A stretch of 64,000 bases of DNA from an uncultured Candidatus Izemoplasmatales bacterium (GTDB taxonomy: Bacteria > Bacillota_I > Bacilli_A > Izemoplasmatales > Izemoplasmataceae): contig CAZXSS010000001.1 in assembly GCA_964643385.1 (NCBI GenBank), positions 5,283 through 69,282 on the forward strand, written 5' to 3'. Shown piece after piece: positions 29,585 to 37,207 of the stretch; position 1 is the stretch's first letter; the number at the start of each line of letters is the position of its first letter. The notes beneath the pieces were generated by a model. The model was not told the DNA's origin, made no database searches, and saw only the letters and a list, made by a program, of their open reading frames with translations. The position numbers were made by a program, and so were the translations under genes.

Positions 29585-29912
29585 GTTGTGCCTCCAGAAG
29601 TTGTGACATGATTGCTTTAAGGTGATGCCATTCGTTTACTTTTTCTTTAAAAAAGGCTTTTCCTAACGTTGTAATTGTGTAGTACCGGCGTTTACCGCCA
29701 TGTGATTTTGTTCCAATATATGAGGTTATTAGTTCTTTTTTTTCTAAGCGTTGAACCAAACTATATAACGTTGCTTCTTTGATGATGAATGCATCGTTGG
29801 TTCGTTTCGCGATTTCGCTAGCAATTTCATACCCGTACCGATCTTTTTCGATAATGAGTTTTAAAATGATACCTTCTAGATGCCCGCGAATAATATCCGA
29901 ACTGATTTGCAT
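29571..29912 (-). CDS. PadR family transcriptional regulator
   Basis: ATG 29912 after RBS GGAGGTG. Winged-helix motif YGYEIASEI...EATLYSLVQRLEKKELI...GGKRRYYTIT. Confidence 0.88.
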   Translation of the reverse strand: MQISSDIIRGHLEGIILKLIIEKDRYGYEIASEIAKRTNDAFIIKEATLYSLVQRLEKKELITSYIGTKSHGGKRRYYTITTLGKAFFKEKVNEWHHLKAIMSQLLEAQHESN

Positions 29913-29947
29913 ATAAAAACACCTCCACACAAGATCATGTTTAATTC

Positions 29948-29976
29948 ATTTTATCAAATTAACCATGGTGTGTAAA
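29948..29976 (-). promoter_or_regulatory. Candidate promoter of the padR operon
   Basis: Minus strand reads TTTACA-17 nt-TAAAAT. The palindrome ACCATGGT lies in the spacer and is a possible operator. Confidence 0.45.
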
Positions 29977-29988
29977 GGCGTTTATCGC

Positions 29989-30429
29989 TTAGTATTTGCT
30001 TTTGAAGTAGATTGAGAGTTTTTCTAATGCGTCAATGAGAACGGTATTTTCTTCAAGATGCATGTCTTCGACAACCGCGTCAATCATTTCATCATGAAAC
30101 GCTTCGTGAATACGTAAGACTTCTTCCCCTTTATCGGTAAGTGTAATTACAACTTTGCGACGATCATCTTTGACACCACCGCGCTTACAATAGCCTTTTT
30201 GAACAAGTCTATTGACGCTTGTTGTAAGTGTTCCAACCGTAACGCGTAAGCGTTTTGCGATGTTACTCATTGTCGGTTCTTTGGTTTTTTCAATGGCTTC
30301 TAATACATGAACTTCACTCATTGATAGTTTAACACCGCGTTCTTTTAGGTTTTGTTGCTCTATGGTTAAAATACGGTTAAACACTTCAACAAGGAGTTCG
30401 TTAATGATTGCCTTTGGTGTAGAATCCAT
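29989..30429 (-). CDS. MarR family transcriptional regulator
   Basis: 146 aa; wHTH region MSNIAKRLRVTVGTLTTSVNRLVQKGY...DRRKVVITLT. Confidence 0.88.
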   Translation of the reverse strand: MDSTPKAIINELLVEVFNRILTIEQQNLKERGVKLSMSEVHVLEAIEKTKEPTMSNIAKRLRVTVGTLTTSVNRLVQKGYCKRGGVKDDRRKVVITLTDKGEEVLRIHEAFHDEMIDAVVEDMHLEENTVLIDALEKLSIYFKSKY

Positions 30430-30441
30430 AGCTTCCTCCCT

Positions 30442-31299
30442 TTAAATCTTTTTCGGTACCCAGCCTAATGCCACAGTCTTAGGTCCAGCATGTGCGCCGA
30501 CAACTGGTGTAAGTGGCGTGATAAGAACATCGCCTAGTTCTGGTTTTTGATTCAGTAGGTCTTGTTTGATGGCTTGGGCGGTTTCTTCATCATTTGCATG
30601 TGCAATGAAGACGTCTTGATTACTATTGTAATCTTCTTTTAAATATTTTTCAACAATTCGTTTAATTGCTTTTGAGCGGGTTCTGATTTTTTCTAAAGGC
30701 TCAACGCGTCCTTCTCTTGTTAAATGTAGCATCGGTTTGATTTTTAAGAGACTTCCTAAGAATCCACTCGCACCACTAAGACGCCCATTTTTAACTAAAT
30801 ATTTTAGTGTATCTACAGAAATAAGAATACCTTGGTGTTCGCGGATAACAATAAGTTTATCTAAGATTTCTGTCATTTGTTTGCCTTCTTCAATCATCTT
30901 TGCGGCGGTTAAAGCCATGTATGCTTCAGGGTAAGCAACTGTCAATGAATCAAAGACGCGTACTTTGATGCCTTCAACCATGTTGGCGGCCATACGTGCG
31001 CCTTCAAAAGTTCCACTTAATTTTGATGAAATGGTGATGGTTAAAATTTCATCATATCCATCTTTTTTTAATTGTTCATAGGTTTCTAAAATTACACCTG
31101 TTGCGGTTTGTGCTGTTGAAATGTGTAAATCACTGCTAGCTTCAAGTTTTTTGTAAAAATCATCGGCTTTAATATCAACAAAGTCAGTAAATTCTTCATC
31201 ACCAAATAATAACATTGAGCGAATGACACGAATATCATATGGATGATCCATATAATCGATACCTGAGTTCCCACATACTACGAGTCCAATTTTTGCCAT
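30442..31299 (-). CDS. DegV family fatty-acid-binding protein (FakB-like), copy 2
   Basis: ATG 31299 (MAKIGLVV) after RBS GGAGG; the track ATG 31311 lies inside the RBS. Same conserved blocks as copy 1. Confidence 0.9.
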   Translation of the reverse strand: MAKIGLVVCGNSGIDYMDHPYDIRVIRSMLLFGDEEFTDFVDIKADDFYKKLEASSDLHISTAQTATGVILETYEQLKKDGYDEILTITISSKLSGTFEGARMAANMVEGIKVRVFDSLTVAYPEAYMALTAAKMIEEGKQMTEILDKLIVIREHQGILISVDTLKYLVKNGRLSGASGFLGSLLKIKPMLHLTREGRVEPLEKIRTRSKAIKRIVEKYLKEDYNSNQDVFIAHANDEETAQAIKQDLLNQKPELGDVLITPLTPVVGAHAGPKTVALGWVPKKI

Positions 31300-31343
31300 A
31301 AAATCCTCCATTTGTTTTGAATATCAAATTATTCTTATATCAA

Positions 31344-31372
31344 AGTTTATCTTATTTTGAAGGGTTTGTCAA
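31344..31372 (-). promoter_or_regulatory. Candidate promoter of the degV-marR operon
   Basis: Minus strand reads TTGACA-17 nt-TAAACT. The 5' UTR carries a TTGATAT direct repeat and the small palindrome TTGAtatTCAA (31317-31327), a possible MarR operator. Confidence 0.45.
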
Positions 31373-31416
31373 TCAAAAAACGACTCTATCTAGGAAATGA
31401 TAGATAGAGTGCGTTT
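31373..31416 (-). terminator. Rho-independent terminator after nfnB
   Basis: actctatcta / tagatagagt, 10-bp stem extended by a bulged GC pair, followed by U6 on the minus strand. Confidence 0.8.
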
Positions 31417-31423
31417 TATTCAC

Positions 31424-32809
31424 TTATTTGGTTTCATTTTCAAGGTATTCATGCATATGATGCGCGGCATCTTTCCCAGCACCCATAGCGAGAATAACTG
31501 TCGCTGCGCCGGTGACAACATCGCCACCCGCAAATACACCATCAATACTTGTCATCTGATAGTCATCGGTAATAATACCGCCCCATGGTTCTGTTTCTAA
31601 TCCGAGGGTGTTGTCTTTAAGAATTGGGTTTGGCTTTTGCCCGATGGAAATAATGATGTTGTCGATATCGTGGGTGAGGTATTCGCCTGTTGGTAAAGGA
31701 CGGCGTCTTCCTGAGGTGTCAGGTTCTCCAAGTTTCATTTTTTCAACTTTAACCTGTTTTACCACGCGGTTATCACCGATGAGTTCTACAGGATTTTGTA
31801 AGAGTCTAAAATCAATACCTTCTTGTTCAGCGTGATGGATTTCTTCTACCCGTGCAGGTAAACTAGATCTATCTCGACGGTAAAGGATAAAGACTTCTTT
31901 GGCACCTAAGCGTTTGGCAGTACGGGCTGCATCCATGGCAACATTACCGCCACCAACAACGGCAATTTTATCACCGAGTTTAATTGGTGTTGAGGTACTT
32001 TCTTTATGGGTTCTGGCTTTCATTAAGTTAACTCTAGTTAAAAATTCATTGGCATAATAAACGCCGTTTAAATTTTCACCAGGAATCCCTAAACTACTTG
32101 GAAGGCCAGCTCCGCTTCCGATAAAAATGGCTTTAAATCCATCTTCTTTTAGTTGATTGATGGTAAGACTTTTACCGATGACGGCGTTTTTAATAAAGGT
32201 TACGCCCATGGCTTTTAAATTATTCACTTCGTGTTTAACGATTGATTTTGGTAATCGGAATTCAGGAATGCCGTATTGAAGCACGCCACCAAATTCATGG
32301 AGCGCTTCAAATACCGTGACATCATAGCCTTTCATTCTTAGGCTAGCGGCATTGGCAAGCCCAGCTGGGCCAGAACCAACCACAGCAACTTTTGTATTTT
32401 TAGTTGTTTCAATGGTTTGATTGGCAAGGTTATGCTCAATACCATAGTCACCAACATACCGTTCGAGTGCACCAATTGAGACGCTTTCTCCTTTTATATT
32501 TAGGATACATGCGCCTTCACACTGACTTTCTTGTGGGCACACTCTACCGCAAATTGACGGTAGAATGTTATCTTGGTAAAGGGTATTAAACGCGTCTTCT
32601 GGATCATCATTAACCAATGCTTTAATGAATCCAGGAATATCTACCTTAACGGGACAGGCTTTGATACAGCGCGGGTTTTTACAATCTATACATCTTAACG
32701 CTTCTTGTTTTGCTTGCGCTTTAGTATACCCTAAAGCGACTTCTAAAAAATTTGATTGACGGATTGACGGATCTTGTTCTGGCATGCGTGTACGTGGGAT
32801 TTTATTCAT
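31424..32809 (-). CDS. nfnB: NfnB-type NADPH-dependent oxidoreductase (GltD / glutamate synthase small-chain family; 2x[4Fe-4S] + FAD)
   Basis: 461 aa. N-terminal Cys clusters (CIDCKNPRCIKACP, CGRVCPQESQCEGAC), GSGPAGL and VVGGGNVAMD dinucleotide folds. 8-nt overlap with the NfnA-like gene. Confidence 0.75.
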   Translation of the reverse strand: MNKIPRTRMPEQDPSIRQSNFLEVALGYTKAQAKQEALRCIDCKNPRCIKACPVKVDIPGFIKALVNDDPEDAFNTLYQDNILPSICGRVCPQESQCEGACILNIKGESVSIGALERYVGDYGIEHNLANQTIETTKNTKVAVVGSGPAGLANAASLRMKGYDVTVFEALHEFGGVLQYGIPEFRLPKSIVKHEVNNLKAMGVTFIKNAVIGKSLTINQLKEDGFKAIFIGSGAGLPSSLGIPGENLNGVYYANEFLTRVNLMKARTHKESTSTPIKLGDKIAVVGGGNVAMDAARTAKRLGAKEVFILYRRDRSSLPARVEEIHHAEQEGIDFRLLQNPVELIGDNRVVKQVKVEKMKLGEPDTSGRRRPLPTGEYLTHDIDNIIISIGQKPNPILKDNTLGLETEPWGGIITDDYQMTSIDGVFAGGDVVTGAATVILAMGAGKDAAHHMHEYLENETK

Positions 32810-33623
32810 GTTTTAACCTCATATAACAGTCATGTTCTTCTTTTTTATAATAAGATTGGCGAGACATAAGTTCATCAAAGTCGACATTTTCTCCAGGAAA
32901 ATCTGGACCGTCAATACATGCAAAGAAGGTTTTTCCGTCAATCGTAACACGACAATTACCGCACATGCCTGTCCCATCAATCATAATTGGATTTAAAGAA
33001 ACATCGACAGAACGATTGTGTTCTTTAGCCATCATGGCAGTAAATTTCATCATAATAACGGGGCCAATGGCAATCACATGATCGATAGAATCATCATGTT
33101 CTAATAATGGTTTTAAGGTATCGGTAACTAGTCCTTTATCGCCTAAAGATCCATCATCAGTGGTAATATATACGTGGTCGCATATTTTTTCATACGCATC
33201 TTTTAAGATAATGTATTCTTTACTCCGCGCTCCTAAAATAACGGAAGTTTTAATGCCTTTTTCATGATAGGCTTTCATTTGGGGTAATAATGGGGCGCTT
33301 CCAACACCACCAGCAACACCAATAACATGGTTTTTATCTTCTCTTATGTGTGCCGCTTTACCCAATGGTCCAACAAAGTCTACCACTGTGTCACCTGCGA
33401 CTTTTTTGCCAAGTAATTTTGTGGAGTAGCCCATTTTTTGATAAATAATCGTAACGAGGTTGCCTTCTACACCAGCAATCGTTAAAGGAATACGTTCCCC
33501 ATCCTCTTCTACGCGTAAAATAATAAAGTGTCCGGGTTCTGCATTTCGAGCCACCAAGGGCGCATCAATAACCATAACATCAATGTCTTTGTTAATGACG
33601 TGTTTCTCTACTATTGTGTACAT
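32802..33623 (-). CDS. nfnA: NfnA-type FAD/[2Fe-2S] subunit (sulfide/dihydroorotate dehydrogenase-like electron-transfer subunit)
   Basis: 273 aa. FNR-like fold (GHFIILRV...RIPLTIAG, GVAGGVGSAP) and C-terminal 2Fe-2S motif DGTGMCGNCRV...FACIDGPDF. Confidence 0.75.
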   Translation of the reverse strand: MYTIVEKHVINKDIDVMVIDAPLVARNAEPGHFIILRVEEDGERIPLTIAGVEGNLVTIIYQKMGYSTKLLGKKVAGDTVVDFVGPLGKAAHIREDKNHVIGVAGGVGSAPLLPQMKAYHEKGIKTSVILGARSKEYIILKDAYEKICDHVYITTDDGSLGDKGLVTDTLKPLLEHDDSIDHVIAIGPVIMMKFTAMMAKEHNRSVDVSLNPIMIDGTGMCGNCRVTIDGKTFFACIDGPDFPGENVDFDELMSRQSYYKKEEHDCYMRLKHE

Positions 33624-33686
33624 GTTTACACCTCTTTTTTGTCAAAATAAAAACGCTTTCTTTTTTGCACTCATTCCTATTATAAC

Positions 33687-33716
33687 AAAAAAATCCGTTC
33701 ATGCACGGACTTTTTT
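33687..33716. terminator. Weak bidirectional hairpin terminator after the smr operon
   Basis: tccgt-tcatgc-acgga (only 5 bp), flanked by A7 upstream and T6 downstream. Confidence 0.45.
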
Positions 33717-33735
33717 GTTTAAGTACTATTGGGGG

Positions 33736-33975
33736 TTAATTCGTAAAAAGTTCTAAAATCGTTTCACCTTGATTCATGCTGTATTTACGGCGTTTTATCC
33801 GGTTACTTCTTAGTTCATTTGGGTTTTGTATCATCGTTTTAATTGCATCACCTCGGCTGTAGCCGTGAATAACAATAATTTCATGACACTCTTTTGGGGC
33901 ACTTGCAATGAACCGTTCGAGTATTTTTTTAGCATCTAATACCGTGTAGCCATGTAAATCGATTTCTAGTGTCAT
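33736..33975 (-). CDS. Stand-alone Smr (small MutS-related) domain protein
   Basis: 79 aa with LEIDLHGYTVLDAKKIL...IIVIHGYSRGDA, typical of the Smr fold. 4-nt overlap with the upstream gene. Confidence 0.75.
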   Translation of the reverse strand: MTLEIDLHGYTVLDAKKILERFIASAPKECHEIIVIHGYSRGDAIKTMIQNPNELRSNRIKRRKYSMNQGETILELFTN

Positions 33976-35066
33976 TCTTTATCCTCCAAGCGTACTATAT
34001 CGAGTTCTTCTTTAGTCATACGACGTCTACCGTGTTTTTTAAGATGCGATGCTATCACTTCATCAATTAAGTTAGGGTTTTTCTTCATAGCCGCAATGGT
34101 TTCGCTATCAATACCTTGAGAGAATGGGCAGCTTTGGATACATGTTCCACAATCGGTGCCAGTATTTTTCCATAAATTGAAACAGGTCTGATCGTCGAAT
34201 TTGTAAAATTGGCGACCATTTACCATGCGGGTGTGCGGTTGAATCGAATGACTAGGGCAATTCATTAAGCAGAGGCTACAGCGCTTGCAAAATTGTTCTA
34301 ACCCAAAGTCAACCGGTGCATCTGTTTCAAGCGGTAAGGTAGTTAATACAGCGCCTAGCCGCACACGGTCTCCGTATTCAGGCGTCACGATATGGTTAGC
34401 CATACCAATTTCGCCTAATCCTGCATCATAAGCTAGTGGGACGAGCGGGGTTAGATAAAAGGCTTCACTTTGAAATTGTGCATCATACCCAATCCCTTTG
34501 ATATAAAGTGCCAGTTTACTTCCCGTTTCGGCAATCTTTAAATAGACATTTTCCGTTTCCAGCATCTCTTCAAAGAAAGGGGCACGGTTTATATAGTCTA
34601 AGTCCATAGGAATCATATATACAATAGCGTGTGTATAGTGTTTATCTGTAGGTAATCCGTAATTATTGGTAATACCAATACGGTCGTTGACACCACCATG
34701 ATGTGAATAATAATGGGTTTTATTGAGTTTGACAATGCCTGTTTTGGCTGCGCCAAAATGTTTTGTGATGGCTTTAATATTTTTATGAAAATGTGCAGGT
34801 ATGGGTTGTTTTTGTGCGATGGCTTTTTTATTGACGGTGTCATGTAAGGCTTTAAGGATGGTTGTATTTGATTCAATCAAGGGTAAAAAGAGCGATTTAA
34901 AATAATCACTTTTGCGTAATTTTTCGGTTATGTTCATCCCGCGAACCTTGTCATCTAAGGGTTTAAGTTCTGGATGTGCTTTATAAAACTCAGTGTAGGC
35001 TTTTGAGCCTGGTTTTAAACGGGCACGGGAAAACATGGTGTTGCGTTCGTCATAAGTGATTTTCAT
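33972..35066 (-). CDS. RdhA/QueG-superfamily Fe-S protein (reductive dehalogenase-like, cytoplasmic)
   Basis: 364 aa, no signal or TAT motif. CKRCSLCLMNCP plus C(x11)CGTCIQSCP, the two-cluster pattern of the reductive dehalogenase / epoxyqueuosine reductase family. Confidence 0.6.
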   Translation of the reverse strand: MKITYDERNTMFSRARLKPGSKAYTEFYKAHPELKPLDDKVRGMNITEKLRKSDYFKSLFLPLIESNTTILKALHDTVNKKAIAQKQPIPAHFHKNIKAITKHFGAAKTGIVKLNKTHYYSHHGGVNDRIGITNNYGLPTDKHYTHAIVYMIPMDLDYINRAPFFEEMLETENVYLKIAETGSKLALYIKGIGYDAQFQSEAFYLTPLVPLAYDAGLGEIGMANHIVTPEYGDRVRLGAVLTTLPLETDAPVDFGLEQFCKRCSLCLMNCPSHSIQPHTRMVNGRQFYKFDDQTCFNLWKNTGTDCGTCIQSCPFSQGIDSETIAAMKKNPNLIDEVIASHLKKHGRRRMTKEELDIVRLEDKE

Positions 35067-35076
35067 GCTACCACCT

Positions 35077-35994
35077 CTAGGGGGTGAGTTTTGTTAAATC
35101 AAGCGCTTCGCTATAATCATTTCTTAAAATATGATCGACGTGTTCAATGACTCGGTCTGTCATGGCTGATTTACTTTGGGTTGTGTGTCCGCCGCAATGG
35201 GGACTAAGCACAACGTTATCAAATGTATGAATGGGATGAATTGATGGGTAAGTTACTGGCGTTTCTTTGGTAGGGTATTGATACCATACGTCGCTTGCGA
35301 ATCCTTTTAGTAACTTGGTTTTTAACGCTTGATATAGGGCATCTTCATTAAAAATTGGTCCGCGTCCGACATTGATAACGTATTTATTTTTTAAATACTT
35401 TATGTTTGTAAGGTTAAAGGCATCTTTGGTGTTTGTTGTAAGTGGTGCGGCAATGAATAATATATCTGTTTCATTCATTAAGCCTTCTAATGATGGTTCT
35501 TTTAAGGCATTGTGATAATCCTTGCCTCTATCAATAACATGTACGGTAACATTAAATGGGTCTAGCATCTCATGAATGTATTTTCCGATACGGCCGTATC
35601 CGTAGATGCCTACATGTTTATTAAACATGCTAACCCATGGGGTGCGGTCTTTTGTTGTGCGTTTTGACCACTCACCGGCTTTAAGGTTATTATGATAATT
35701 CGGAACATTGCCGAGTAAACTTAATGCCAGTTGTATGGCTTTTTCAGCCACAAATTTGGAATGGACGGTTGTGTTAAAAAGATGTACGTTTTCTTTTTTT
35801 AATGTTTCAATATCAATTCCGTCATGCCCTGTATATGGAATAATCACTGCATCTAAGTCCTCGTGATAATCATCTTTGTTAAACTGACCAGAAATGATGA
35901 TGTTCGCGTGTTTTTTGTCATCGGTTATGGTTATATTATGGGGTAATGTGTTTAGTTTATTGATTGTTTCTTTGTCTTTTGTATATATCTTCAC
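35077..35994 (-). CDS. D-isomer-specific 2-hydroxyacid dehydrogenase family protein
   Basis: GIYGYGRIGK NAD motif, catalytic region GRGPIF...SPHCGG. GTG start with RBS AGGTGGTG. Confidence 0.8.
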   Translation of the reverse strand: MKIYTKDKETINKLNTLPHNITITDDKKHANIIISGQFNKDDYHEDLDAVIIPYTGHDGIDIETLKKENVHLFNTTVHSKFVAEKAIQLALSLLGNVPNYHNNLKAGEWSKRTTKDRTPWVSMFNKHVGIYGYGRIGKYIHEMLDPFNVTVHVIDRGKDYHNALKEPSLEGLMNETDILFIAAPLTTNTKDAFNLTNIKYLKNKYVINVGRGPIFNEDALYQALKTKLLKGFASDVWYQYPTKETPVTYPSIHPIHTFDNVVLSPHCGGHTTQSKSAMTDRVIEHVDHILRNDYSEALDLTKLTP

Positions 35995-36005
35995 TGTGTC
36001 ACCAC

Positions 36006-36677
36006 CTATTTTTTAAATACGATTATATTCTTGTGATTGGTATATACTCTTTTAAGGTCGGTTTGGTTCATAAGATAGGTAAATGTTGTTTCGTTATAAA
36101 AGGCAATGTGGGTCGGGTCTCTTCGGTACCACCATGATAAGAAGGCATCATCATCATTAGGATGAAAACTGGTCATGATGGCTAAAAAACCGTCTTTATT
36201 TACCATGTTAGCGAGTTGTTTGAATGTTGTTAAAGGGTCGCTTAGATGTTCAAAGACCTCAGTAGAGGTAATGAGATCATAGGTTTTTTTAAAGATGGAT
36301 TCATCGTTGTGGAAATACGGATCATAGTGATCCATGACAAATCCTTTTTGTTTTAATAATTCATAAAGTACGGGACCAGGACCACTCCCAAAGTCTAGGC
36401 CAGAACCGGTGGTAATAAAAGGGTCTACCGCAACTGCGATAAACCGATTAAACATGTTAACATAGCCAACGTTTTCTAAAGAATTGTTATGGTGGGTATA
36501 TAGTGTTTTTTCGTCTTGATGGGTTGGATGAGAAAACGGGGCTTTGGTTATGAGTCCACATGTTTCACAGACATGATAAATGACAGGCTCGGGTTTATTA
36601 AGCACTGGATCGGTTAGGGTTCTCGTGTCTGATTGACATATGATACACGGATTAACTGTGGAATTTTTTACGTTCAT
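36006..36677 (-). CDS. Class I SAM-dependent methyltransferase with N-terminal Zn-ribbon
   Basis: CIICQS...CETCG zinc ribbon, then SAM motif I LDFGSGPGP. 26-nt overlap with the upstream LURP-one-like gene. Confidence 0.75.
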   Translation of the reverse strand: MNVKNSTVNPCIICQSDTRTLTDPVLNKPEPVIYHVCETCGLITKAPFSHPTHQDEKTLYTHHNNSLENVGYVNMFNRFIAVAVDPFITTGSGLDFGSGPGPVLYELLKQKGFVMDHYDPYFHNDESIFKKTYDLITSTEVFEHLSDPLTTFKQLANMVNKDGFLAIMTSFHPNDDDAFLSWWYRRDPTHIAFYNETTFTYLMNQTDLKRVYTNHKNIIVFKK

Positions 36678-37146
36678 GATTCATCTGATCAATAATAATA
36701 ATTAAGAATAAATGGAGTAGTGGGTCTTTGTCAACTTTTACATCAATTTCGTATGCATCTCCAAATGAGAAAACACGTTTTTCGATGCGTACTAATTCGT
36801 TGTCTTCATCATGAATGGCAAACACGTGTTGTAATACTGAGCCTTTAAAATAGAATTTTTTGTTGTTCATCGTAATGGTGTAACTTGGATTAAACCAGCC
36901 AAATGAACGATGAACTTGGGCAACGACTTTATCTTCGCTACTTAGTACATCATAGGTACGATGGGGATTTAAGTTAAAGCGACGAACAGCACGATAAAGA
37001 ACTTGATTGGACATGTCTTTCATTATAAGCGAGCGCATTCCTAATAAGAATTTTCCTTTTATTTTGAAAAGCTCACCTTGTGATTCATCACGAATTTTAA
37101 AACTTCGAAATTGTGCGAAGTGTTTGGGTTTGATATAAAATTTCAT
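36652..37146 (-). CDS. LURP-one-related (DUF567, tubby C-terminal-like) protein
   Basis: 164 aa with the repetitive beta-hairpin pattern (F.I.D..G...F.I.GK...; YEIDV..D.D..L.L) characteristic of the LOR family. Strong RBS AGGAGGTG. Confidence 0.65.
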   Translation of the reverse strand: MKFYIKPKHFAQFRSFKIRDESQGELFKIKGKFLLGMRSLIMKDMSNQVLYRAVRRFNLNPHRTYDVLSSEDKVVAQVHRSFGWFNPSYTITMNNKKFYFKGSVLQHVFAIHDEDNELVRIEKRVFSFGDAYEIDVKVDKDPLLHLFLIIIIDQMNHERKKFHS

Positions 37147-37174
37147 GTGGCACCTCCTATAATGCGTTACTCAT

Positions 37175-37202
37175 ATTATACTTGATTTTTAATGTTTGTG
37201 AA
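37175..37202 (-). promoter_or_regulatory. Candidate promoter of the LOR-MTase-DH-Rdh-Smr operon
   Basis: Minus strand reads TTCACA-16 nt-TATAAT in the 61-nt gap after the OLD-like gene. Confidence 0.5.
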
Positions 37203-37207
37203 AGGGT

